Below are positions 9,901-18,000 of a stretch of 64,000 nt of DNA, in pieces. The DNA is from an uncultured delta proteobacterium (GTDB lineage: Bacteria; Myxococcota; UBA727; VGSZ01), in assembly GCA_963775425.1 (NCBI GenBank), contig CAVZJB010000012.1:352001-416000 (forward strand). Reading direction: 5' to 3'. Under the pieces are notes generated by a model, which searched no databases, was not told where the DNA came from, and saw only the letters and a list, made by a program, of their open reading frames with translations. Position numbers and translations under genes: made by a program. How positions within the stretch are numbered: position 1 is the first letter of the stretch; every line of letters starts with the position of its first letter.

Positions 9901-12900
9901 GGCGAACGCTCTCGGGTCGAACCCGCGCGTGGCTCCACAGCCGCACCGCCGGCCGCTCGAACACGCGCATGTGGCCGATTCGCACGGGGACGAAGGGGCG
10001 CGGGGCGCCGCCTGCGAGGACGGCGAGGTGGGCGCATGCGTCGCAGACCGCGGGGTGGAAGCGGTAGCGCGGGAGCTCAGCCACGAGCGCGTGCGGCACG
10101 CGGATCTCCGCCAGCGCTTCGCCCGGACCGAGGTGGAGGAGCTCGATGCCCCGGTAGGCGGGTCCGTAGTGGTTGCCCACCGCCTGCAGCCGGGCATAGA
10201 CGTCGGCGGGCACCGCCTCCTCGCGACACCGCGCGCGCACGTCGTCGAGGGAAACGCGCTCCTGCGCGTCCTTGACGACGTCGCGGACGACCTGTCCGTG
10301 GGCGCCGAGGATCCACGGCTGCTCGTCGGAGCGGCGGCCCTGCATGTGGATCTCGAAGCGCGGCGGCTCCGTCTCGCCGGCGAACAGCAGCAACTGGAGC
10401 TTGCGCGTGGCCTCTTCGGGAAAGACGAAGGCGCGGCGGATGTGCAGCTCCGCCACGGACCACGGCCCTGGACCGAGCGCGCGCTCCGCAGCGGCGAGCG
10501 CCATCTCGAGGTACGCCGCGCCGGTGAGGACCGCCGCGCCCTGGATGCGGTGGTCGTCGCCGTGCACCGTCTGTTTGTCGAGGTCCACGGTGAACGCGTG
10601 CGCGCCGCCGGGGGTCGCGAGCTCGACGTGGCCGCCGAGCAGCGGGTGCGCATCGCCGTGCTGCGTCGCTCCCGCGGCGCCGCCGGCGAGCGCACGATTC
10701 GCGCGCGCAGGTGCAGCGTCGAACCAACAGCGCTCGCGTTGCCAAGGGTAGGCGGGCAGCGGGTAGACGGCGCCCGGCTCGTCGTACAGCGACGCCCACT
10801 CGACCGGCGCGCCCAGACACCACAGCGCCGCGAGCAGCTCCAGGAGCGCGGCGTGCTCGCGCTCGCGCTCGCTCGCAGCGATGACGGCGCCCTTGTTCCC
10901 CGCCTCCCGCAGCGTCCGTGCGATCACCGGCCGCAGGACGGAGTGGCCCGAGATCTCCACCCACGCGTCGATCTTGTCCGCGAGCAACGGGCGGATCGCC
11001 GCGTCGAACATCACGGGCTCGCGCGCGTTGCGCCACCAGTAGCGCGCGTCGAGGTCCGAGGACGCCGCTTCGCGGCCCGCCATCTCCCCCGCGGTGGGCA
11101 GGAACCGCGCCGTCAGCGGTGCGGTGCGCACGACTCCGACCGCGGCGAGGAAGGAGTCGAGCAGGGGATCGAGCTGCGTGCTGTGTGCGGCGAACTCGAT
11201 GTCGACCCTGCGACAGAAGACCCCCTGGCGCGAGAGCTCCTCCTCGACGGCGTCCATCGCTTCCGTGTCGCCGGACAAGACCGTTGACCGGCTCCCGTTG
11301 TGGGCGCCGACGACGACCCCGGCGTAACCGGCGACCAGGCGGCGGGCGTCGTCGATCGACAGCTCCGTGGCGAGCATCTTCCCCTTGCCGGCGATGCGTG
11401 CGCAGATGGCGCCGCGCTCGCAAATCAGCCGGCACGCGTCCTCCAAAGAGAGCGCGCCCGCGACGTGGGCGGCGGCGATCTCCCCCATGCTGTGCCCGAG
11501 CACGACGTCGGGGACGACGCCGTAGCGCCGCAAGGCGGCGACGAGCCCGACCTGCATGGCGAAGATGGCGGGCTGGACGAGCGCCGCGTCGTGCAGGTCC
11601 GGCTCCGCGGCGGCGAAGACCTTGTCGATGATGGAGCCGGGCAGGAACGCGGACATCGCCCGGTCGCACGCCTCGATAGCCTGACGAAAAGCCGGGTCGC
11701 CGGTCATGAGCTCGCGGCCCATGCCGGGCCACTGTCCGCCATGGCCGGGGAAGACGAACGCGACACGCGGCGGTCGCGCGGCCGCGTGCAAAGAGGCGCC
11801 CCGCAGCGAGGCGGCGAGCTCGGCCGCGGAAGCGCCGACGACGGCGGCGGCGTGCTGATGGCGGGTGCGACGGAGCGCGGCCGTCGAGCACAGATCGCCG
11901 AGCGCCGACGCCGTCGCCGGCTCCTCCAGGAGCGCCGCCGTGCGGTTGGCCATCGCCTTGAGCGCGTCGCTCGTCGCCGCGGACAGCGGAAGCACGAAGC
12001 GCGCGACCCGCTGCGCCGGGCGCTTCGGCGGCGCGGGCGCCTCCTGCAACACCACGTGCGCGTTTCCGCCGCCGAACCCCAACCCGGTCACCCCGGCGTG
12101 GCGTGGGCGTCCCCGATCGGGCCACGGCGCGTGACGTGCCTGCAGCTCGAGCCCGAGCGCATCGAAGGAGATGGCGGGGCTCGGCTCGCGGAAGTGGAGG
12201 CTCGCCGGCAGCTCCGCGTGGTGCAGCGCGAGCGCGGTCTTGATGACGCCGATGATCCCCGCCGCGGCGGTCAGGTGGCCGATGTTCGACTTCACCGAGC
12301 CCACCGCGAGGCGCGCGCTGCGCCCGGAGCCCATGACTGCGCCGAGCGCCCCGGCCTCGACCGGATCTCCGCGCGCCGTGCCGGTGCCGTGCAGCTCCAC
12401 GTAGTCCACCTCGGCGGGATCGACGCCCGCGCGGCGGTAGGCGGAGCGCAGCAGCTCCTCCTGCGCGCTCGGGCTCGGCGCCATGATCCAGTCGGCGCTG
12501 TGCCCGCCCGCGTTGACCGCTCCCCCGCGCAGCAGCGCGTAGATGCGATCGCCGTCGGCGCGCGCGCGCGTGAGCGGCTTCAAGTAGATGGCCCCCGCGC
12601 CTTCTGCGGGCACGAACCCGTCCGCGCCGCGGTCGAACACGGCGCAGCGTCCGTGCGGCGAGAGCACGCCGGCCTTCCCCAGCGCGATCGCGATGGACGG
12701 CGTGAGCATCAAGTGCACGCCCGCCGCCACCGCCGCGTCGCACTCGCCGCTCCAGATGCTCTGCATCGCGTAGTGCACCGCCGTCAACGAGGAGGCGCAC
12801 GCCGTGTCGAACGCGATGCTTGGGCCGCGAAAGTCGAAGAAGTACGAGACGCGGTGCGCGGCGAACGCGTCGTGCGTGGTGGTCGCGTAGGCGTCGAGCG

Positions 12901-13327
12901 CGGTGAGGTCTCCTCCCTGGAGCAGCAGATAGTCGGGCCACATCGCGCCGACGAAGACGCCGGTGCGCGTGGCGGCGACGCGCTCCTGGGGAACGGCGGC
13001 GTCGTCGAGCATCTCCCACGCCACCTCGAGGAGCAGGCGGTGTTGGGGATCCATGTAGTTCGCTTCGCGGGGGGAGACGCGGAAGGCGCGCCAGTCGAAC
13101 CCGTCCAGGCCTTCGAGCAAGCCCGCGCGCATGCCGTCCTTGAACACGGGGATGCCCGAGAGCGCCTCGGGCGCCATGCCCCAGGCGGCCCACCGCTGCG
13201 GCGGCACCGCGCGCACCTCGTCTCGACCCTCGCGCAACAAGCGCCACAGCTCCGCCGGCCCGGCGGCGCCCGGGACTCGGCACCCGATGCCGACGATGGC
13301 GATCGGCTCCGGGCTCGTGTCGCTCAT
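3944..13327 (-). CDS. Hybrid type I PKS-NRPS: KS-AT-DH-KR-ACP-Cy-A(Cys)-PCP-TE
   Basis: KS DTACASSL/HGTGT/KSNIGHL; AT GHSMG; DH HRIQGAAVL and HPAVCDACAH; KR TGGLGALG…YAAGN; ACP LGLDSL; Cy FPLTDLQQAYW…QTPHVLLDHQ; A-domain pocket reads DLYNLSLIWK (Cys); PCP GGQSL; TE GWSSGG. Confidence 0.95.
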   Translation of the reverse strand: MSDTSPEPIAIVGIGCRVPGAAGPAELWRLLREGRDEVRAVPPQRWAAWGMAPEALSGIPVFKDGMRAGLLEGLDGFDWRAFRVSPREANYMDPQHRLLLEVAWEMLDDAAVPQERVAATRTGVFVGAMWPDYLLLQGGDLTALDAYATTTHDAFAAHRVSYFFDFRGPSIAFDTACASSLTAVHYAMQSIWSGECDAAVAAGVHLMLTPSIAIALGKAGVLSPHGRCAVFDRGADGFVPAEGAGAIYLKPLTRARADGDRIYALLRGGAVNAGGHSADWIMAPSPSAQEELLRSAYRRAGVDPAEVDYVELHGTGTARGDPVEAGALGAVMGSGRSARLAVGSVKSNIGHLTAAAGIIGVIKTALALHHAELPASLHFREPSPAISFDALGLELQARHAPWPDRGRPRHAGVTGLGFGGGNAHVVLQEAPAPPKRPAQRVARFVLPLSAATSDALKAMANRTAALLEEPATASALGDLCSTAALRRTRHQHAAAVVGASAAELAASLRGASLHAAARPPRVAFVFPGHGGQWPGMGRELMTGDPAFRQAIEACDRAMSAFLPGSIIDKVFAAAEPDLHDAALVQPAIFAMQVGLVAALRRYGVVPDVVLGHSMGEIAAAHVAGALSLEDACRLICERGAICARIAGKGKMLATELSIDDARRLVAGYAGVVVGAHNGSRSTVLSGDTEAMDAVEEELSRQGVFCRRVDIEFAAHSTQLDPLLDSFLAAVGVVRTAPLTARFLPTAGEMAGREAASSDLDARYWWRNAREPVMFDAAIRPLLADKIDAWVEISGHSVLRPVIARTLREAGNKGAVIAASEREREHAALLELLAALWCLGAPVEWASLYDEPGAVYPLPAYPWQRERCWFDAAPARANRALAGGAAGATQHGDAHPLLGGHVELATPGGAHAFTVDLDKQTVHGDDHRIQGAAVLTGAAYLEMALAAAERALGPGPWSVAELHIRRAFVFPEEATRKLQLLLFAGETEPPRFEIHMQGRRSDEQPWILGAHGQVVRDVVKDAQERVSLDDVRARCREEAVPADVYARLQAVGNHYGPAYRGIELLHLGPGEALAEIRVPHALVAELPRYRFHPAVCDACAHLAVLAGGAPRPFVPVRIGHMRVFERPAVRLWSHARVRPESVRPDSFSVDVRAYDQDGRLALEIEDLELQILESGIAVDAPERLEWLYNLGWEPAPPPVAAERWRARAPGSWIVIGGRDGTGAELSRLLTREGERCLLARTEDATQMETVQALVRTAAQKGPIRGVVLLAALDAARETLGADQRRTITAALHAARALIPEESRSAARLFMVTRGCQAVAADDPISVEQAPLWGFGRSFAFEHPSLWGGLLDLDPDASPTQAATDLLGELRTEDAEDQVAYRDGRRHLARLSRMRVVRRLEKIAPLAQDGTYFITGGLGALGLHSARWLADNGAGHIVLVSRRTPPDRGQWDRVDPQSPAGKQIARIREIESLGAAVTVAAADVGDSAALSAVIERAIAGGARPLRGVIHCAGVGSLRPVAEMTADDYESMARAKVDGAWTLHEATLDQPIDFFVLYSSASSILNSPQLAHYAAGNAFLDALAHHRRALGRPALSVNWGMWKEGGMADDVLDGGQSSPRAMSGMDPAEALVLLEQLVQQGATEALVIPVDWREFGRLYPRAARLPFLSRLTAQAKSAEPLPASPPPASAPTADALVVADAARRPALVAEYLAAHASRILRIPSASLSVDQPLRELGLDSLMGMELRSALEADLSVSVRLANLLSRMTLAQLAEHVLHKLEPASRKETAAVAGEPSAAPASPPSSSSSSSSPQERDGPFPLTDLQQAYWMGQAAHFELGNVFGHFYVEYEFQELDLDRLQRALERVVERHEMLRAVVTDDGMVRVLDEPVRPALAVRDLRHAGAAEVEQALAEVREDMTQRGPRTDRWPLFEWVVVRRPDLSARVHVSFALIAADGESLGTILHEMAALYRDPAAALPPFTLGPRDVRLAIEAQKGTEAYTRDREYWWRRLPTFPSGPELPLEKSLAAVGRPRFGHRTERIEAVAWRRFKTTAAELGLTPTAALATAFAEVIGAWSKSQRFGMNVLVQSRPPFHPEVHRVVGNFSSTLLLDIDLSARDAFVTRARDVQEQLAEAMEHGLVSGVEVVRELNRLHGSARALMPVVFATLLGAEEPFPREWADAWSYGVIQTPHVLLDHQTYERKGALVFNWDMVEEVFPPGVCAKMFRAYADVVGTLAADASAWKRPLSGLTPKEDLDKRRALNRAGTPAPRATLHGLARDAAVKDAAAPAVITADRTLSHGELGARARALSRALRERDARANTMVAVVMEKGWEQVVGALAVLHAGAAYLPIDPGVPPDRLRALLASAEVRVVLTQPRVDQRLVWPPGVERIVVDGAPADDAAAADDASAEGATATPEDLAYVIYTSGSTGRPKGVMITHAGAVNTIVDVNERFHVGPADRVLALAALTFDLSVYDIFGPLAAGGAVVMPEALRQSDPAHWLDLLERHQVTIWNTVPAMMEMLVEHCAGRRALPADLRLVLLSGDWIPVNLPERVRALSDKVEVVSLGGATEASIWSVIHPIGEVDAGATSIPYGVPMRNQTLHVEDQAFEPRPVFVPGQLYIGGAGVALGYWRDDERTAERFVRHPRTGERLYRTGDVARYLPDGTLEFLGRDDQQVKVQGYRIELGEIEAALLQHARVRAAVATVRGKERGPKSIAAYVVGDKGAPPSPGELRALLLSKLPEYMVPQSFGVLDALPLGPNGKVDRRLLPDTTAPATPRKRTAPRNALEERLAEIWRSVLEVETIGVEDNFFELGGQSLMAVRLVARVRAAFGRELPVSTVLTGGGTIAEMAKLLEDGGGARRSPLVAIQPRGDRTPLFFVHPAGGGVLCYAELARGLGTDRPFYGLECPGVHPGAAPLSLTEAVEAYLAAVRSVRAHGPYALGGWSSGGVIAVEMAERLIRAGESVPLVALIDTWAPGAAPALDDGALTEAFLRDLAGGRSAPGGAGGAGASGASAERALRTGFERARAAGLVPPEMDVEQALHLFGVYRSNAVGARAHRLEPARAPLALFRAARPLFKDADASLGWAPVAARIDVVDVPADHFTLLTPPAVSGVARALATMIDGITRG

Positions 13328-14922
13328 CGCGCCCCGGCCGCGGTGGGGGCCTCACCGCTCGGGGGAGGCTTGATCGTCCGGAGCAGGTCCGCGGCCATCT
13401 GCCCCCCGTCGGCGGGAGCGGCCTCCACGAACAACACCGCCGACAGCTCCTCGAGCTTCTCGAAGGCCCACGCGAGGTGAGCGAGGTGGTCCGCCGGCCG
13501 CCGTTGTCCGTCGAGGGCGAGGTAGATGTCGATGAGCGAGCGCAGGGGGTTGAGGGGGTGAAAGCCGCGCCAGCTCCGCGTCGATGCGCCAGGCGCACGC
13601 GCGACGATCTCATCCTGCACTCTCCGGTTGAGCGCGCGGGTCCGCTCGAACAATGCGTCCATCTCCGGGATGACGGCGTCGAACTCGAGCGTGGAGTGGC
13701 ACAGCGGGGACGCGACGTAGCTCCAGTACAGCGCCGCGTCCCAGACGATCTTTCGCAGCGTCAGGTCCGGTGAGCCGAACACCGCGTACCGGCCCGCGTA
13801 CATATCGGTGATCATCGTCGCCGTGCGGAGGAACAAGCGGTTGTACGCGTCGACGGTGGGCTCGTCGGCCGGGTGCCCCTCTGCGTCGCACTGGATGATC
13901 CTCGTCGTGATGGTGTTTGCCCACGCGATGAGATCGGAGCCGATGCTGTAGAGCGGGTCGGTGAACAGCGCGGCCTCACCCACGCACGCCCAGCGGTCCA
14001 CGGAGAATGCCTGCCGTGTCAGGTGCGCGATGGAGCGGAGCACCCGATAGTCCAACGGCGTTCCGCGCGTGAGCCACGCCGCGAGCGGAGGCTGCTTCAC
14101 GGCGAGCCAGCGCCTCGCGTCGTCGAATGACGTTCGTTCGCGGATCGGGTGCAACGATTCATCGGCGACGATTCCCACACTGGTGTTGCCCGTGGCGAGG
14201 GGGATCACCCAAATCCAATACCCCGGCCCCATGATGTGATTGGTCGAAAGACGTCGATCGCCGCCGGGCGTGCGCGCGTGCCACCGCGCATCGGATGCGG
14301 GAACCAGCTCGGCGACGTCGAGCGGCTCGGGGACGCGCCACCAGCACGCGTTCGCGTGGTGGGGCGAGGGCACCTGCAAGCCGAGCTTGCGGGCAAGGAG
14401 CCGGCTCCTGCCGGTGGCATCGACGACCCACCGCGTGGTCACGCTGCGCTCTTCGCCGTCGACCTCGAAGCGGACGCGATGCGGATCTCCGAGCTCCACA
14501 TCGATGATGCGCGCCTGGATGAGCTCGATCCCGTCGCCAACGCACATCTCGCGCAGATCGTTTTCGAGGCGCCCCCGATCGAGCTGATGTGCGGGGATCG
14601 GGAGCTCGTCGCCGGTTCCCTGCTCGACGCGCTCCGCCAGCGGCGTCCCGCCCGCGCCGAGGAAGAAACGCAGTCCGAACTTCTTCAGGTGCCGTTCGTC
14701 GAGGTACGCGCCGAGGCCGAGGGTCTGCGTGAGGTACGCGGACGCGCCCTCGACGGTGGACTCGCCCACCTTGTGGGCGGCGTCGGGGAGGGGGCCGATC
14801 TCCCGCTCGATGACGGCCACCGACACCGTCGGCACCCAGCGGCGCAGTTGCCGCGCCAGCGTCAACCCCGCCAGCCCGCCACCGCACACGACGACATCCC
14901 AGTCCTGCGACCAACGTCCCAT
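13324..14922 (-). CDS. Flavin-dependent halogenase-like protein
   Basis: GGGLAG FAD motif, KVGESTVE, KKFGLRF (candidate catalytic Lys), WIWVIP (WxWxIP), FTDPLYSIG. GAGGG SD upstream of ATG 14922. ATGA overlap with the PKS-NRPS start. Confidence 0.8.
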   Translation of the reverse strand: MGRWSQDWDVVVCGGGLAGLTLARQLRRWVPTVSVAVIEREIGPLPDAAHKVGESTVEGASAYLTQTLGLGAYLDERHLKKFGLRFFLGAGGTPLAERVEQGTGDELPIPAHQLDRGRLENDLREMCVGDGIELIQARIIDVELGDPHRVRFEVDGEERSVTTRWVVDATGRSRLLARKLGLQVPSPHHANACWWRVPEPLDVAELVPASDARWHARTPGGDRRLSTNHIMGPGYWIWVIPLATGNTSVGIVADESLHPIRERTSFDDARRWLAVKQPPLAAWLTRGTPLDYRVLRSIAHLTRQAFSVDRWACVGEAALFTDPLYSIGSDLIAWANTITTRIIQCDAEGHPADEPTVDAYNRLFLRTATMITDMYAGRYAVFGSPDLTLRKIVWDAALYWSYVASPLCHSTLEFDAVIPEMDALFERTRALNRRVQDEIVARAPGASTRSWRGFHPLNPLRSLIDIYLALDGQRRPADHLAHLAWAFEKLEELSAVLFVEAAPADGGQMAADLLRTIKPPPSGEAPTAAGAR

Positions 14923-14962
14923 CGCTTCGTTCCCTCGTTCGCGGACGACGGCGGAGGGATCG

Positions 14963-14992
14963 AGCCTACGCGACGGCTTTCGCGTCCGGCAA
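14963..14992 (-). promoter_or_regulatory. Putative sigma-70-type promoter of the halogenase-PKS/NRPS operon
   Basis: TTGCCG-N18-TAGGCT on the minus strand, about 40 nt upstream of the halogenase ATG. Confidence 0.4.
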
Positions 14993-15056
14993 ATGCGCGC
15001 CGGTCGCGCGCACACCCCGGGTCATGTCGCTCGCCGTCGCGTGTTACGATGAGGCG

Positions 15057-18000
15057 ATGACGGTGTCGTCCGCGTCCTCGATGTCGGCACCCAAGCGGAT
15101 CGGCCGCTACGACGTCGGGCCGGAGCTCGGTCGCGGCGCCACCAGCGTCGTGTACCGCGTCACCCGCGACGGCCGCGCCTACGCGCTCAAGATGATGGCG
15201 CCGGACATCGACCCGCACGCGGCGGTGCACATCGAGCTGCAGTTCCGGCGCGAGGCGACGACGCTGGCGAGGCTCCATCACCCCGTGCTGATCGAAGCGG
15301 TCGAGATGGGCGAGACGGGCGGCGTGCCCTACTTCGCGATGGAGCTCGCGGAGGGGGAGGCGCTGGACGTGGTGCTCGGCCGTCGCGCGCTCGGCGAGGA
15401 CGAGGCGATAGAGCTCGGCAGGGCGTTGGCGGGCGCGCTCGACGAGATCCATCGCCATGGGCTCGTTCACCGTGACGTCAAGCCGGCCAACGTCGTGCTC
15501 GGCCCGCAGGGCCGGGTGAAGCTCCTCGACTTCGGCTTCGCCGCCGGCGTGACGGAGGAGCGCCCGCTCGAGAGCGACGCGATCGTCGGCACGCTCTTGT
15601 ATGCGCCGCCGGAGCAACTGGGCGTGATCAAGCGCGGCATCGACGGGCGCGCGGATCTGTACGCGCTCGGCGCGACGCTCTACGAATGTCTGACCGGGTC
15701 ACCACCGTTTCAGGCGGGGTCGGTCAGCGAGCTCCTGCAAGCGCTCGCGACGCAGCCGCCCCCGGACGTCCGCGCGGCGAAGCCGGGCGTGCGCGCGAGC
15801 CTGGCGGCGGTGATCGCCCGCCTGCTCGCCAAAGATCCCGACGACCGATACCAGAGCGCGGCGGGGCTGTTGTGGGACCTCGACCACCTCGCGCGTCTGG
15901 AGGACAACCACGCCGCGCTCGGCAGCCACGACGCGCCGGTCCTGCTCACGCAGGAGGTGGCGCTCGTCGGACGCGACGCGGCGCTTGCGCAAATGCGCCG
16001 GCTCTGGTCCGAGGCGTCGGGCGGCCGCTTGACCTTCGCCCAGGTCGAGGGGGAGGGCGGGCTCGGCAAGAGCCGCCTCGTGCGCGAGATCCTCAAGGCG
16101 GCGCGCGGCGAATCCGCGCTCGTGCTCGCGGGCAAGTGCCAGGAGCTGGCGGCGGTCCCGTACGGCGCACTCCGAGAGGCGTGCGACGACTTCGCCGCCA
16201 GGATCGGCCGGATGGAGCCGGCGGCGCGCGAGGCGTGGACGAGCCGCGTGGTGCGCGCGGCGGGCGACGCCGCAGGGTATTTGAAGCGCCTCTCGAACGG
16301 GCTTTCGCAGTTGCTCGGCGACGCCGCGGAGCCGAAGGCCGCGAGCCCGGAAGCGGAGCAGCGGGCGTTCCACGAGGCGCTGCTCCGGTTCTTCGTCAAC
16401 CTCTCGATCGACAGCGGCGCCGCCGTCCTCGTGATCGACGACGTTCAGTGGATCGACGGCGGGTCTCGGGAGGTCCTCCACCTGATGGCGAGCCTGGATG
16501 AGCCGGCGCCGCTGTTGGTGGCCACCACGGCGCGCAGTGACCCCCAGAGCGACGAGGCTCGTCAGGCATTCGTCGATGCGGTCGGCGCGAAGCGCTTGAG
16601 CCGCATCGCGCTCGAGCCGCTCGATCGCGAGTCCGTCGGTCGCTTGATCGCAGCGTTCCTCGGGGGCCGCGCGCTCGACGACTCCGTCGTGGGTCGCGTC
16701 GCGCAGATCACGCGCGGGAACCCTTTCGCCATCGGTGAGTACGCGCGCGTGCTGCTCGAGCAAGGGCTCGTGCGGCCCGCCGGCGCGACGTGGGTGCTCC
16801 TGCCCGAGGCGCTCTCCGAGGAGGTGTTGCCCCGAGACGTCATCCATCTCGTGGTGAAGCGCTTCGACTCGCTGAGCGCCGATGCGCGACGGCTCGTCAG
16901 CGCGGCCGCGTTGCTGGGCATGCGCTTCGAGACCACCACGCTCGCGGAGGCGGTGGGCACGCCTGCGGATCGCGCGCAAACGCTGCTCAAGGAGGCCGAG
17001 CGCGCGACCCTCGTGGAGAGCGTCGAGCAGGAGAGCTACGCCTTCGTACACGATCGTGTGCGGGAGGCGGCGTCGCAGCGGCTCACCGACGACGAGGCCC
17101 GCGAGGTGCACCAGGCGATCGCCGACGTGCTGGATCGCCGCCGCGACGGGTCCGTGGAGCACGTGTACGCGCTCGCGAGGCACTACGCCCGCGGGCTCAC
17201 GGATCGACACGCGCAGCGCGTGTGCGAGACCAACCTCGAAGCGAGCCAGCACGCCTTGCGCAACGGCGCCTACGAGAGCGCCTACCAGATGGCGAGGACG
17301 GCGTTGGAGGCCTCGCGCACGGCCGGCGTCTATGAGCGACACGCGATGGCGATCTGTGAAGCGCTGGCGCGGGCTTGCACCTACACGGGTCGCCTCAAGG
17401 ACTCGTTCGGCTACATCGAGGAGGCGATCCGATTTGCGTCGGATCGTGAGGATCAATTTCAGGTTGCAATATCTGCTCGCGCTGACGGAGAGCAGCGAGG
17501 GACGCCGCGGCATCGACGCCTTGCTCAAGATCTTCGACATCGCCCGCAAGCCGTACCCGCGCTCGGCGGTGGCGCAGGGCCTCACGATGCTCTTCGCGTG
17601 GATCGCGGCGATCTTCCTGAAGTGGACCGGCATCGGCTACGGCAGCGCCAAGGGCAGCGCGCGCCGGCAGCGGCAGATCATCTCTCAGGCACACACGGCC
17701 GGGACGATGCTCGCGCTCGTCGACGGCAATCCCTTCCTGATGATGCAGTTCGTCTTCCGGGATCTCTTGAACGGACACTTCCTCGGCGCCACCGAGGAGA
17801 CCGCTGTCGCCTACTGCGCCTACGGCGCGTCCATGGCGCAGCTCGGGCTCCGCGGCACCTTCCGGCACTACACCGAGCGCGGCACGCGGATCGCCGAGCA
17901 GTTGGGCAACCCCGGGGTCGTGGGCATCTGTCGAATGTGGCGGGCCTACGGAACCGAGTGGCTGGGCGACGCGCATCGAGGCGGCGAGCTGATGTCGCAA

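Noticed and set aside
4886-13613. Long alternative-frame and antisense ORFs over the PKS-NRPS
   Set aside because: Shadow ORFs expected in very GC-rich DNA; no motifs.
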